A program made the translations under genes and the position numbers. DNA of 64,000 nt, taken from positions 273,540 through 337,539 of the forward strand of contig NMRA01000402.1 in assembly GCA_002633005.1 (NCBI GenBank), in the 5' to 3' direction. Under the pieces are notes generated by a model. That model did no database searches. It saw nothing but the letters and a program-made list of their open reading frames with translations, and was not told the DNA's origin. Positions 41,172-55,500 of the stretch are shown here, one piece after another (the stretch's first letter is position 1; each line of letters starts with the position of its first letter). The stretch is from Phoronis australis. Lineage: Eukaryota > Animalia > Phoronida.

Positions 41172-43869
41172 GTATTACACACATTTGCTATCATCGACGT
41201 TTCTCTATCTCAGTCAAGCCGTCCCTCATAATGTCCCAAAACACGAGCCCACAGACCAAGTGCACCGAAAACTGGACAGATAGGAGAGCTTACTTGGACA
41301 ATAGATCGACAAACGCTGTAGGTAACGCTTGCCGTTTGATATAGTTACTTGTGAGAAGCGCAAAACCGGTATATCGGAAATCCGCATTGCTAGCGGTCAG
41401 CAACAGATTGTAAGCCACGACGTGTTTTTAACCAAATTCCATTGTGAATGTTGTCATAGAGCCGGAAACGCGGTACCAAAATGGAACTTGTAAGTTAAAT
41501 CGGCATGATAAGTTCCAGGTCGTTGACACTAGCTTCTGAGCCCATTCTCTCTAAAAAAATGAAGCTTCAGTCATGCGGGTGTCTCAACCTTTAGTCAAAG
41601 AGACGCTGCGGGCGCGAACGGCCTAGTTCACAGTGTACTCTTCTGTTTGGTGCCAGGTGTCTTGATTAGGGTTCTGTGGACCCTTATAATGGGCATTTAG
41701 CTAAATGACTACATACAAGTAGAATTATGTGAGCCATTAAAAGTGCAAGGCTTATGAAAGTAAAAAGACGCATGACTTTATGGGCTTTGTACCGATTTGT
41801 ATGCACTCGGGTCTTGGAGCCCAAGTTGTCAGGTTGCTAAACGATATCGTGTACAGTAACGCTACCAATCTTCGTTTGATGTAAAAGCTCAAGATATAAC
41901 CACCAAATTGCTGTTTCAGTTTTCAGTCGGGAGGTTTCCCGTCGCTTTGAGTGCACACTTTGAACCACGCAACAAGAACGAGAGTTCGAGCCAATGTTAT
42001 ATTGTGGATTGCACACCGTGGAAACATCTCTTGTTTGACATTTTTTTTTCGTTCATCAGTCGCCTAGTGCAAATTATGATCGTAAGATTGATTTTATCAC
42101 GTTGTGGTCTGAAAATCATCATATTGGCCTCAGTGAAATTCAGTAACTGTTTTAAGTGAGCAGCCCTTCATTTTCTATGGTCTTTGATATCGGCAGAGAA
42201 TGAGCCATCAAGCCCGCCAATTACATCGACAGCTAAAACCAACACACATTATCTTAATAGTGATAACCAAACGTGGTTATCGTCACTTGTATCCACACGT
42301 GATCTTTTCAGACGAAAAACATGTAACTTGCAATGTTACAAAGTATCGGCGAATTTTAAGACATGCTGTTGAGCAGATCATGGAGAGCTAACTAGCCGGG
42401 AAGGTTTACGTCACATGAGCCGTCTGGATGTAGGTCTCGAGAGCAGCCTTACGCAGAGCTAATGTGACTTACTGTAGACAGTTGGGTAACAAATCCACGA
42501 GACGATTACAATCAAATTGAGGCCTCCATTATCTCCCTCAGACAGCAATCAGTTGTCTGCTTTCGTGTTGTTATCAATCCATGAGGGGCACTCCAGTTCC
42601 CGGGGGTGGTCTTTCGGAGGAATATACATGAAAAGAATTATGGGCAGACTCAGGGTGCGCGGTTCCCTTACGGAAATTATCAAAAACTCCGTCGGCAACG
42701 TTTTTAGCAGCTACGTGGAAAACTTTCATTTGAAAAATGCGGTTGGGCCCCACCCTAGATCCGCCCAGTGATTTGTACTCGTTTTCTTGAGATGTTCGTA
42801 TTGACGAATTTTTGTTGGCACAGAAACCTTCTGATGGATGTCAGCAGAGGACGTTTGGAACTTGAAAAATGTAAACGCTTATTCATGATTGGACTCTTTT
42901 TAAGGAACGGATTTAGTTTAGCAATAACGAATCTAGTCGAATATTTTATGGCGAAGGTTTCTACTCGCGTAATCCCCCTCCCGCAGTCATGAATTGTTTC
43001 ACGAAGGTGTTTGGGAATAGGAGGAAAGTGAGTGCAAATTTTGGCGTGCACGTGATCTATAATCATTTAATTTCTTAATTCGTTCTTTAGACATGTATGA
43101 TAACGCAGTTGCTATACATAGCATGAAATGCTGGTAAATTTGAACTTAAAGTACACGTATAAACGTTTCTCACCTGCTAAATTATGTGTCGCTAATTACT
43201 TATAAGGGTGTTAACGTACTCGTTATCATGTCACAGCAACACGAAACGGTTAAGTGGTGAAATGCATTGGAAGTGAAAGAACTTGGGTAAGTTGAGTCAT
43301 TTTTGTTGTTGACTACTTAACTTTTATCTTATGTGATGGCCAAAACATAAATGCAAATACCGCCCAATTTATAGCATAGACAAGTATGAATTTTGTGACT
43401 AGTGACGGTTTGTGAGTGTAGTACACTTTAATTGCAGCAAAGGTCTTCGGCCCATCGCGGTATAATCAACTATCAACCTATGCATGAACAACAGCTCGAC
43501 ATTTATTGAATTTCTCTCATAAAAAGTAGATTAGACGTTTATTTATCATTTGCATGCTATCATCAATGATGCCGACTTCCCACAAGACGAACATAAAATG
43601 TTCTTATTTATTGCACCTACCCGCTTCTACTGGTAATTTGTAATTCGAACAACGCAACCGAGTATACATGTACATGTGGAAGTACCTTTGCGGTAACACA
43701 CAATTACACAGTCTCTTAAGATTACAACAGTGTTTAAGTAAGGCTTGTTGTCTGGTAGACAACCTTGCTAGTGATATTTAAACCATTTATGAGCAGAAAC
43801 AATCGGATGTTCCGCTTAGGATTACACTGTCCTCGAGCTCAATTAGTTCACTGTGGAGAGTCTGTAACT

Positions 43870-43945
43870 GTTGACAAACTGTATCAAACGCCTTAGAAAA
43901 CTCAACAAAAGCAGAATAAAAATTATATGTGTTTTGACCAGAAGC
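43870..43945 (-). mobile_element. Small LINE RT fragment
   Basis: FYSAFVEFSKAFDTV resembles the RT motif F(V/I)DFxKAFD(T/S)V. Confidence 0.55.
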
Positions 43946-46308
43946 TAAATTGATCCAAAGAGGTAAGGGAATATAGTAAAGGGCGCCCACGGCCGATTTT
44001 ACATTGAACATGGCCATAATTTCTGTAGTTCCCGTCTCATAGTGGAATTGTCGAGGGATTAAACGCAAATATCGCACTTCGTTCTGCAATAAATTTTAAA
44101 CTGCGCGTCTCATAATGAAAATATGTATTATCTGAGAACTTTTCGCTCCTAATCCATGAATTTGCTACGAATTGCTTCCTTTGCATAATGTTTATGTATA
44201 GATGGATAGCTCATGGAATAATTCAAAACACATTAACCACGCAATGTGTAAAACGAGAGAATGAAAATTGACTTCAGACTGACTACACCATGAGAATAAT
44301 ACGTTCCAAATCCCTCCCACACTCTTGAGTCCCAGCTGAAGCAGACAGTGAGGTGCCAGAATTGTGGTACCTGCAGCATCGTTTAGCTACGCCCAACTAT
44401 ACAAAAATTATGCTGCCTGGGCCTATGGAGGGAGGGGCTTTTTGTATTCAACCTGGCAATATCGGATTGAAAGAGTGTTGGTGGCCTAGTGTGACTTGCC
44501 ATTTCGCGAGTTATTACAATGATAATTAATTTGCCAGTCTGACGCCAGGATTACTTTCAGTAATAAATAATCATGACAGTAATAAATAGTTATGGCAGTA
44601 ATACGTGTAGATACCTGTACAAAAAATTAATCAGCCAATCAAAAGTCATGAATAATTGTAATATTTATAAATTTACATTTTTAAATCTTAATCAAGTTCT
44701 AAGTGCCATTTCCTGTCAAAAGAAATATTCCTTTTGAGTCGCCGTGGTACAACTTTATTATTCCGTTCGCTGACCAGTATGAATCATTTATGCTATAGAA
44801 GACGATTTGAAAATAACGCTCTATTAATCTACGATCTTTTAGACATGAGTGGTAAACTACCATTTCATACACACGAATTCTGTCCACCAATCACAGAGAT
44901 TTCCGGCTTTATAAACAATACGAAGCTATTTAGAAGGAAAAATTCATTTAGAATGCTTTAACAATCGACATGGATAAAACACAAAAAGACTTGATTTTCT
45001 TTTCCATTCGCGGTTTCTTACGAAGAGTAAAAGCAAATTTGGTATGACATTGTTTAGTAATGAGCGAGTGGCGCTCTAGTAAAATGTGAATCTGTCGTGA
45101 ACAAACGAAGTCACAATTTCATTATGGTTGGACGGCAGCTGTTAATAAGGGATTGGGAAAAATACAAATGCCAGACCGCCAAATCCAATGTTTGAGTCGT
45201 CATAGTTTAAACACATCAGCGAGATTCTTCATGCTTGGCGAGAGTCTTCTAATAAACCTCAGAACACTACGAGGACCACATAGAGGGGCACGTGCGAACA
45301 TCTACCGATAGAATCCCCACATTTTGGGCAATAATTATTTGTTTACTTTATTTAATCGTGGCATTTTAAAGAAGCCTGGAACGCGATAAACGGACTACAT
45401 TGTAATATTGAATGTGGTTATGTGCCACTAAAACAGAATTCAACCTGCTCACCTGCTATTTTAGGAATTGGATTTTTTTTTAATTTCTGTTCATATTAAA
45501 ACATTTTCTCCCACAAGACAAGCACGTCTCCTTATTTGGTGGGGCAAAACATAGACCTTTGATCTCAAGGGACTTCAAGCAACTGACTGTGAGCACATGC
45601 GCGCATTTTATTTAGTGGGAGAGAAATTAGAAACTCTGTGGTAACCACATAATTTTTTGCTTCGCGCTTATTTCAAAAATTGTGAATTTCGTGACTTTTT
45701 CTGGAAATTTCCTCACAGAAGCAGGTGAATTACTCTGCACTAGGCGTTGTAAGATGGTATTTTCGTCAGAATTTGTTTAAAAGATATTTTTGACGAACTT
45801 TTATGTTCCATGTATTTTTAAGAAGGGCTGCCAGTGTTAATCTGGGTAGAAACGTGTAAAAAACTATTTAAACCGTGAAGTCCAAATAACTCGAATTTTA
45901 ATGGCTACTTTTACGCCAGAAATGTGTTTCAATAAACGGCATTCTTGATTGAAAGATACTCTACGCTAGTGAATCGTGTATCTCATGACTCGAATTAATG
46001 TCAGCAGATTATTAAGATCACGAATCTTATCAGTAATTAATACGTGTATTGCAGCAAACAATTTCAAAGGATACTAAACCCTTTTGGTAATTTCAACCTG
46101 TCCTCGTTCTGCCCCCTGCTAATGCATTGGAATCAACTAAAAAATACACACTTCTGTGTCATAGAATGAATATTGTGGCTTATGGCGGGTAGTCTTCTCC
46201 GTGTGACTCTTTAAACGTACTTTGGTCACGCTTGCCAAGTTTGCACACTGCAAGATTTTTTTATTTTTGCTGTTAGCTCTGTGGATTTATCGAGGGTGCA
46301 ACTGCTTT

Positions 46309-48720
46309 CCTATAGGCTTTCCTATTGGATCCTATAGGAAATCCTATAGGGTCCAATAAGAATCCAATTGGATTTTGGCCCAATATCCTATAGGAATTCT
46401 ATAGGATCCTATAGGAAATTCTACAGGAATCCTAGAGGATATCCTATAGGATCCAATAGAAATGCAATTGGATTTTGGCCGAATATCCTGTAAGAATCCT
46501 ACAGGATCCTATAGGAATCCTTTAGGGTATCCTATAGGAAATCCTATAGAAATTCTTACGAGACTTATAAGAAATCCATTAGGATTTCCCAGCATGACAT
46601 TTTCAATGCATACTTAATGCAACAAAGCAACAGTGTTTTCAACAAAACAAATTCAACTGGAACACAGGTAACCTCAAAGTTCTTGTACAGCAGTCTACTC
46701 CGTTCTTGAACACCGTCTACAGCAGGATACCTATATATGTTACAAATGGTGTACTAAACTGGGACTACAAAAAACTGTTATTTTTTGATTTTTTTCAAAA
46801 TATGTTCAAGTAACTTATTATATAAATGCTGTTGTAAGCTGATGTCGAGTGCTTTAATTGCTATGAAGATAACTGTTCATTGAATCTCTTTTCAGTGACA
46901 TCTGTTGTCCAGTTGAGAAACTGTCCATTTAAACCACTAAGCCATACACATGATCAAAACTTTCTTTAGAAGTTTAGACACAACAATATATTTTACAACA
47001 CCTGAAATGAAACAGCTATAATCAGAGATATAGATGTTATGATTTACGAGAATTTCATATACAAGAAATTCAGTAGGATTCTATCAGTTAAATAAGATCC
47101 TATAGGAAGTTCAAAAAGGTTATTATAGGAAATCCTACAGGAATCCAATATCATTTCCTATAGGAATCCTACAGGACTTCTTTAGGGTTACCTGTAGGAA
47201 TCCTATAGGATTTCCTACAAAAATCCTGTAGGAAATCCTATAGAATCCAATAGGAAATCCTACAGGATTCCTACAGGTAATCCTATAGAAGTCCTATAGG
47301 ATTCTTATAGGAAATCATATTGGATTTCCTACAAAATTCCTGTAGGAAATCCTATAGGATCCAATAGGAAATCCATTACGATCCCATATTTCCTAAAGCA
47401 TCCAATAGGAAAGCCTATTGAAATCTTTTAGGATATCCTATGAGAAACCCTATAGGAATTGGTATAAGACTTGAATATATCCAGTAGACAGTTCAATAGG
47501 ATTCTATAGGAAGTTCACTACGATTCTATGAAGCAATTAACATACATGTATTAAGACTCGCCTGAATATTAAAATTTACAAAAATTAATGACTCGGAAGA
47601 GCTGAAATTAGATAAAAACAAATTGATATTTTACTATATACTCTTAGGCTATTTGTTTGTTAAAATGCTTAGAAATCAGATTTGTGATTAAATTCCTATA
47701 GGATTTTTTCAATAGGAATCCTTATAGGATATCTTGTTCCCATAGGAATCCTATAGGAAATCGATATTCCTATAGGAATTCTTATAGGATTTTCTATGTG
47801 AATTCCTATTGGAAATCTTATCCTGTGTGAATCCTATAGGATCCTATAGGATCCTGTTGAATATTTTCGTATGGGACCTAATTAAACATCTGAAATATTT
47901 NCTACTCCGTTCTTGAACACCGTCTACAGCAGGATACCTATATATGTTACAAATGGTGTACTAAACTGGGACTACAAAAAAATGTTATTTTTTTATTTTT
48001 TTCAAAATAAGTTCAAGTAACTTATTATATAAATGCTGAATGCTAGACGCTTTTACATGTTGTTCTCTGATAGTCAAAGTTGTAAGCTGATGTCGAGTGC
48101 TTTAATTGCTATGAAGATAACTGTTCATTGAATCTCTTTTCAGTGACATCTGTTGTCCAGTTGAGAAACTGTCCATTTAAACCACTAAGCCATACACATG
48201 ATCAAAACTTTCTTTAGAAGTTTAGACACAACAATATAATTTACAACATCTGAAATGAAACAGCTATAATCAGAGATATAGATGTTATGATTTACGAGAA
48301 TTTCATATACAAGAAATTCAGTAGGATTCTATCAGTTAAATAAGATGCTATAGGAAGTTCACTACGATTCTATGAAGCAATTAACATACATGTATTAAGA
48401 CTCGCCTGAATATTAAAATTTAGGGACATTAATGACTCGGAAGAGCTGGAATTAGATAAAAACAAATTGATATTTTACTATATACTCTTAGGCTATTTGT
48501 TTGTTAAAATGCTTAGAAATCAGATTTGTGATTAAATTCCTACAGGATTTTTTCAATAGGAATCCTTATAGGATATCTTGTTCCCATAGGAATCCTATAG
48601 GAAATCGATATTCCTATAGGAATTCTTATAGGATTTTCTATATGAATTCCTATTGGAAATCTTATCCTGTATGAATCCTATAGGATCCTATAGGATCCTG
48701 TTGAATATTTTCGTATGGGA
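46309..48720. repeat. CCTATAGG palindrome-rich foldback/MITE-like repeat, partly duplicated across N 47901
   Basis: Dense CCTATAGG/CCAATAGG/CCTACAGG arrays at 46309-46590, 47095-47520, 47690-47876 and 48535-48719; ends in TTTTCGTATGGG; 46695-47900 is duplicated at 47902-48744. Confidence 0.75.
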
Positions 48721-49040
48721 CCTAATTAAACATCTGAAATATTTATGAAATCTCTCCCGCTGTGAGATCAGGCTCGAAATCTGAATTGCTGACACCTGTT
48801 AAGGCTGAGTGTTCCCGACCTTAATTTGCGAAACTCGGGTCATTCGCCTCAAGAGAAAACTTGGGACTGAAATGATAATAATACATTTTATCCGCTAACT
48901 CTCAATATAACAACCTTTGCATGCAACACGTAATTCCCAAACAAAGAACTAATCCAATCCTATAATTCACTACGTAAGAGAAAAATAATGGCTGCACTTT
49001 ATTGTGTTCACTGGTTTAACCAGTCAAGCAGCTAAAATAT

Positions 49041-49246
49041 CTGATTGGTCAGCACTCGGTAGTCATCACCGTGAACCAATCCGATGGCTTAGCCTGTTGA
49101 CCCGGTGGAACTGGCGAAGTCAATCAATTACCACCAACTTCAGATATATTTTCAGCGTTTTTCTGTTAATTGCAGAAACAACAAGCAATAACTCCTAGTG
49201 CTTGCGACCAAAATTTGGTTTGGTTAGTTGGGAATGACGTCATTGG
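49041..49246 (+). promoter_or_regulatory. Candidate PRDM12 proximal promoter
   Basis: CCAAT boxes CTGATTGGTC (49041) and AACCAATCC (49074), and a perfect CRE palindrome ATGACGTCAT (49234-49243), within 400 bp of the putative ATG. Confidence 0.35.
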
Positions 49247-49417
49247 ATCCGACGAGTCATTTCCGCCTGTTTGAAGAACCCGTTGCTGGTAAGCAACAAC
49301 ATTGGTAAAGATTCGTCTGTGCAATTTCACTTAACATTCAGAGTGTACGTTTACGTTCCCGCACATGTTATATATTAACGTAAGAATTTTTCTATTTCCA
49401 TTCAAGGAACTCGTGGT

Positions 49418-49541
49418 ATGGAGCCGTGGTTGGACAAGGAATGGTGTGAATTGCCACAAATAACCAAAAATACCTTGAGGATCTACTTGAGCGAACCGAG
49501 TTACATGTCACGTCACGCGCCGTCATACCCTGACAGAACAG
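49418..49541 (+). CDS. PRDM12: PRDM12 putative first coding exon
   Basis: [24 protein letters not shown]..; the phase-1 donor fits exon 2; only weak similarity to the vertebrate N-terminus. Confidence 0.55.
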
Positions 49542-49555
49542 GTTCCGAAACATTG

Positions 49556-49595
<40 letters not shown>

Positions 49596-52500
49596 TTTTA
49601 GTGAATGAATACTGATAAAACTCCTAAACTAATAATCCTAGAAATTTTTGTCTTTGCATTTGCACGCTGCTTGCAACTTTTCAACTATACTTTTTTCCAC
49701 AATGTCAAAAAACAAAGTTCGTTGAAATGTGTCTTCTACGATTCATAACGTCATTATAGCTATGTAGCATACTCGGCGAACACAACAACCAGCCGTGAAA
49801 AGTCAACTTGCTCAGCCTTGTCAATGACGAGCTGTATGGTCTTTCCAATCTCAGAAACCACACTATTTGAACTAAGGAACAATTTGAGATTAATTTCGTA
49901 ACAATTAGAGGTCTTAATCAAGATCAGAAATCGGGTTTATATCGACTTTTCCCAACTACTACTAGGGTTAAGTATTAATAATAAACGACATTGGCCATGA
50001 TGATCCACTTGGGAGATTTAGATTTACCGACGTGGGATGGGAATGTGTGACGGTCACGGTGAAGGCCTACCTATCGTAGTTGGAGAATTTGGATATGACG
50101 ATGGCAAAGACGGGAGAGAGAAAGGGGAGGTGGAGTTCACGACCTGGTCACCTACTATACATGTACAAACTGGGAGTTTCGATTCGGTAAGGTAAAATGT
50201 CCACTTCACTTTTTAACAGTGGAAATATTCGTCATAATAAGGGGCGTGTATCCCAATTCCTTGACGAACACAAAAAACAAGAAAAATAGTGGATTGTCTT
50301 CGGGGTCAGGTGCCATTGGTTTGAAAAAAACTAGCGTGGTTAGTTTAATTGCCCTGATAGTGGAGCATTTTAAATTCCTTCGTGTTGACAATGTGCCAGC
50401 ACATCTACAGTAGGTGACAGGATCGGTAGTATTATTGCGCGGCAATTTGATACAATCATTCTGTTTTCTTAAACATCACTTGTAATAGGACAATACATGT
50501 ACACATTCTATCAGAACTGTGTTAATTTCGAAAGAGTTAGTGCGCATTCATGAAGAAAATTAATCTGCTTTAAATCGTTTTTTAGTCATTGAAAACTGGT
50601 TCACGCTCTCGGCGACTGCGTTGTCGAAGCAGCTGTTTCTCCATTGTCACTCGTCGCTTTACTAACTTTATAATATTTTCAGTTCTATTCTAGTCGTTTT
50701 ATAGCACTTGTCATTCCAATCAACCCTTCTTTCTAGTCCTTCTATGGAACTCGTTTTTCTAGTCATTTTACAACACTCGTCGTCTTAGTCAGTCAAGGTC
50801 CTGCGACTAACTGCTATTTAAAAAGACGCAATTTATAGCACCCGTCGTTCTGAAGGTGTGGCGACTAACTACTATTAAAAAAACGCGTATCCAATCAACC
50901 TAACAACGACATTTTTTGGTGGCAGCGAGTCAGGCGTGTTTTAATGTCCTGAATTTAGGAACGTTGGATAAAATTCATTACAAATCACAAAGCGTGGCGT
51001 GCTCCCTTTAGCGGTGTTCGTTAACTTGTCCATCAAGACAGCCATCACCGCCCGTGTCCGTGTAACCCACCTAAGAACATCGCGCATTCATCCGTTACGT
51101 GACTGTGCGTGTCCATTGTCGCGCCCACATCAAAAAGGACCTCTTTTTCACTGACGCTCATGCGCGGACTGCTAATCAACCTTCCTTTGACCATTAGAAC
51201 TGAAATGTTCCGGCCATTCGTAGCCTGTCAAATGTTTGAAATCCATGTACTGATAAAAAAGTCGTAGCAGCTTGCATTTGCCACCAATCTGGACTCGTGG
51301 TCCAATCATTGTACTCGAAACTGAACTTGAAATCGTATTTGTTATTACCCGTTCTTTTTGTGCAAACTCAAGAAAAGTGTATATTGTTGCGTGTTCGGGT
51401 GCATTATAGATCACCTACATGTACTTGACTGCCTAGTTTCCACTTGACCCTAACATTAAAGCTAGCTATAAATTCGAGCCTAAGCTTGAAATCTAGGGCT
51501 TTTAGTCGATTTTGCAATTTGGGGGCCATCAACTGCGATGAGAGCTCGTAAAAGCTTGATTAATGTTTGTAATTTTCCCGGTAAGCATTCCATTATTTGA
51601 GGCTGGGTGCACCAAATTAATACACCCGACGCGTCATAAGTAACCACACTATAAAAGCGATCACATAAAAACGAAACAGAACTCTCATTCAATGCTATTT
51701 GATTCAGTAAACTTGCTCTGGGACAATTCTGTTTGCAAAAACTTGAACCTAACGTAAACCCTCGTGTATAGATACATTGTAGTTTAAAAGAGACTGTAAT
51801 TCATATTCGTACGAGACAAAATTCAAGGCAACTATGACTGAGACTGACACATTATAGGCAAGTTTACCCCCAGATCATCCAGTCCCCAAGCCACGAAGTT
51901 CATCTTATGTAGCAAAAGTTACCTGAAACGTATGAAGGTTACCAAGGTACTCATTTTTTGTGCTCTATACATGCACAACTATTTTCATACATGAGGGACT
52001 TTTGCAGTTTCCAATGAGCTTATACTGTGTTACCGAGGCTAGGACGGGACCAGAGAATTCAATGGGCACTAGCCTTGTCGGTCGTGATATACATGTATTG
52101 TGCCCACAAAATCAACCGCGGTGACCGCCAAAACATGATCTTGCCGTTGTTTAGGTCTTTCAGCTGGCAACTCCAACCATTGCATTAGTAGCTAAAAATG
52201 CAACTGACAGGTGACAGATTTTTTTTTTAAAGTAGTACGTCATATTTTGACGGAGTAAAATGTCCTCGCACAGGCTTTCGTGAAAACAGGAGAACGACAG
52301 AGACATTATGCTGACGAATTTTGTTTCCTTTCAGTCAAACCTCCCGACACACTACGCCTGCCGCCGCAGTTGCGCATTGGATTGTCATCCATTCCTCTCC
52401 AACCAGTTGGCGTTTTCACTCGAACTTGGCTGACAGAGGGAACAATTATGGGTCCATTCTGTGGCAGCATCGTGTCGTGTCGAGAAGTGAAAGCGACCAG

Positions 52501-55500
52501 AAAACATCGACCTCATGCGTGGGAGGTGAGCTCATTCTTGATCGCTTTTGCCCTGCAGACTATATTCCCATGAGAGTGATCTTCGGTCGTAAAGTACATT
52601 CGTGGACTTGTTACAACTAAGACAAGATTAAGTCAAAATAAAATGTATAGCGCTAATTATATGTGAATTTTATCTTTTACTTTCCATGTGAACACTGACT
52701 TTCTGGATTTGATAAAATCCGAGCCTAAGCAAAGCTCTTACAGACAGCCATATATGTAAACTTCAGCATACATGTAGTACTACAGTGTAAATGTGGACTA
52801 TTCAAATTTAAACATTTCTAAGTCGGCGACACGCAATTCCATACACGCAACTGAATGAACTACAAAACGTTAATGGTACATGCACGTGCTGTACGATCAT
52901 CGAAAAACGTCCAATTTTGACCAAATTGTCATCGTCGTATCTCAGAAATGGTTGAGTCACATGAATCTTTGCTATATTGTGCTTTACCCACTGTTCTCCA
53001 AAATTCGGTAAGCAACTGTTTTGAAAATTTACCACTTTTGCTTGAAGGGCTTACGAAAATAGGACTTGTAAGTTGCAAAAAACGAAAACGAAACGGTAAC
53101 TTAGAAAGTATAACTTGAACATCTAGATGTTTATGATACGATATTTGGTCATGTTATATATGCAGTTGTTTTGCTGTGGACAAATCTTTTTTTGATTTCC
53201 TTAAATAGCAAGGTCAAGTGACGTAATGTTAGGGAGATTTAAATCCTATGATCTTGTAAGTATTTGGATGAATACACAGGCTTCTCAATATGGTACAACT
53301 TGAAAAGCAACTCTTTCGTTAAACAAGATTTGCACGCAAGTGGACGGGAAACCGTGCAATGTTTACCCCAGAGTATCCCGCGAAGTCCTCGGCACATCGA
53401 AGTTCCTATTCATGGGTTTGGCCGACTGTTTATCGGTTAAGATAGACGTGTAATTGCGGTCGTAAAGCAACATGCCTGTTTAGCGCACGAGTCAAAGTAA
53501 AAAGAAGGAAAAGTAAACTGAAATGAAAACCAACAAAAAGGATGCCAAACGACCAGCATTGCTGTTTTTGAAATTGGAAAGCAAATAGTAGCCATCTTTG
53601 AATTTTTAAAATCGATGCATTATAAGAGTGATTAGCGAATGGGTTTTCTTCAGCAGTGCGGCTAAGCCACGGGCACTAGTATGTGAATAGATTATGGCGG
53701 AAGTTCTCCTGTTAGTCTTATTCAAGCTCACTTAAATGTTGGAATAACAAAGCCCCAAATGTTTGCTTAGGAAATGCCTCGTGTTCTACCTCATTTTACT
53801 TGTCACGGGATATAACTGCGCACGTCTAAATACCAAAGCTCGAAAAATTCGAATTTTTGGTGAACATGTGAAAAAATCTGTAGCTAGTAAAATGCGGTAG
53901 AACACGAGGCAACTCCTACGCAAACATTTGGGCTTCATTACATGACTGTGAAAAGAGGAGGCAGTGTGGCCCAGTGTGACAGGCGCCCGACTTTTTACTC
54001 GAGGTCGTGGGTTCCAGTCCAACTGGGGAGCGCTGCTAGACCCTATAGTCAGCTTTCTAAAGCGGAAAATAGTTCCAGGTGATCAGTGCAATGGGCTCAC
54101 ATGCGCATGTCCTGTACAAGGTGTACTAGATCGCCCGCAATCATTTTTATCACATGTGAAAATTAATCAATCACTCTTAGGAGAACTCTTCTTCAAGAAG
54201 CTATTTGCCTTTGTACAGCCTTTTGATAAAGCAACACTCGGGGTCAAAGTCTGTGTTTTTTTTCAACATTTTTTGACGGATTTATAAAGTTGGAACAATA
54301 ATGTAATAGTGGTCATGGAACGAAATTATCAACTCCATCACAAGGGGCGCTTCGATCGTCTTCGATATAGCCAGAGGAAATCCATACAGCCCGTCACTAC
54401 TAGTACGTTTAACGATTGATACTCGAATATAACCTTTAAAACTGTTGTTTCTACAGGTATTGAGCAGAAATGGTACAGTTAGCCATTTTGTGGACGGGTC
54501 GTCTGCATTGTACAGCTGGATAACGTGGGTTCAGTGCGCAAGATCAAACAAGGAACAAAACCTTGATCTTGTACAAGTCGATGATCAGCTGTACTACAGA
54601 GTCAAAAAGGTATCAAAACACCCAGAGAGTGTAAGAAAGATAAGCTGTCGTCATTGTTTCGCTGATTTTGATATCGATTTTGTTGATGTCGTCTTTAGGA
54701 AGTTTTTCTACTATTAAGGAAGTTGTTGTTCCTTATTCTGCGCTAAAGTTTATCATGGTTTACTCTACGTGGGTGAATGTCTAATCCCGTTTTTCACTTG
54801 ATGTCCTCAGCATTAAAGATACAAGTTCGAGGGGGAAATCGAAATCTCGAAATTCCAGTTGTCGCCAGTTTGTATCCCGTCGCCGTCGCGTACCTGGACG
54901 TAGCTGCCTGTGTCGCAAATGGCACAGGGTTGGCCGAAATACACCAACCTACGTCATAATTCAGCCAAACATCGATTTGTTAAAGTGACACTTCAAGATG
55001 GTTAAAAGTAAATATTACAATTTGCTGCTTGTGTTGAAAAGATATATATCTTACCCAAAACTCCTCCTCTATCAAATTTCAATGACATTGGTGGATAATT
55101 TTCATACAAATTATACTTACTATTAACTTAATCTATTTTTTCATGTTCTAAAAATCCATTTTGAACTTGACTAGTTATGTTCATTTCGAAGTCGGCCGCC
55201 GGTCCTACACACTACTGAAGAAATTGAAAAATTCCGTGCCAAAGCAAACCCGTTATATTCATACGCGGAAGACGTGAATTCGCAAACTTACCTTGTGTAC
55301 TGCCTATTAGAGAAATTTACGTTGTGTATCTATGGAAAGTAAAATAAAGCAGTGTCGAGTTGTTAACTCCTTTGGCTATCAGGAGCGAAGGTTAGTGCTG
55401 GTTGTTGCAAAATTGCAAGTGCTATCAAACCCGTCATTCAACGTTAAAACATGTTAGGCGCTTCCTATAGATACTTGGAGGACTCCCAGCAAGAAACTTC

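Noticed and set aside
40460-44961. A gene between GPR107 and PRDM12
   Set aside because: The short ORFs show no recognisable domain or consistent exon chain, apart from one LINE RT fragment.
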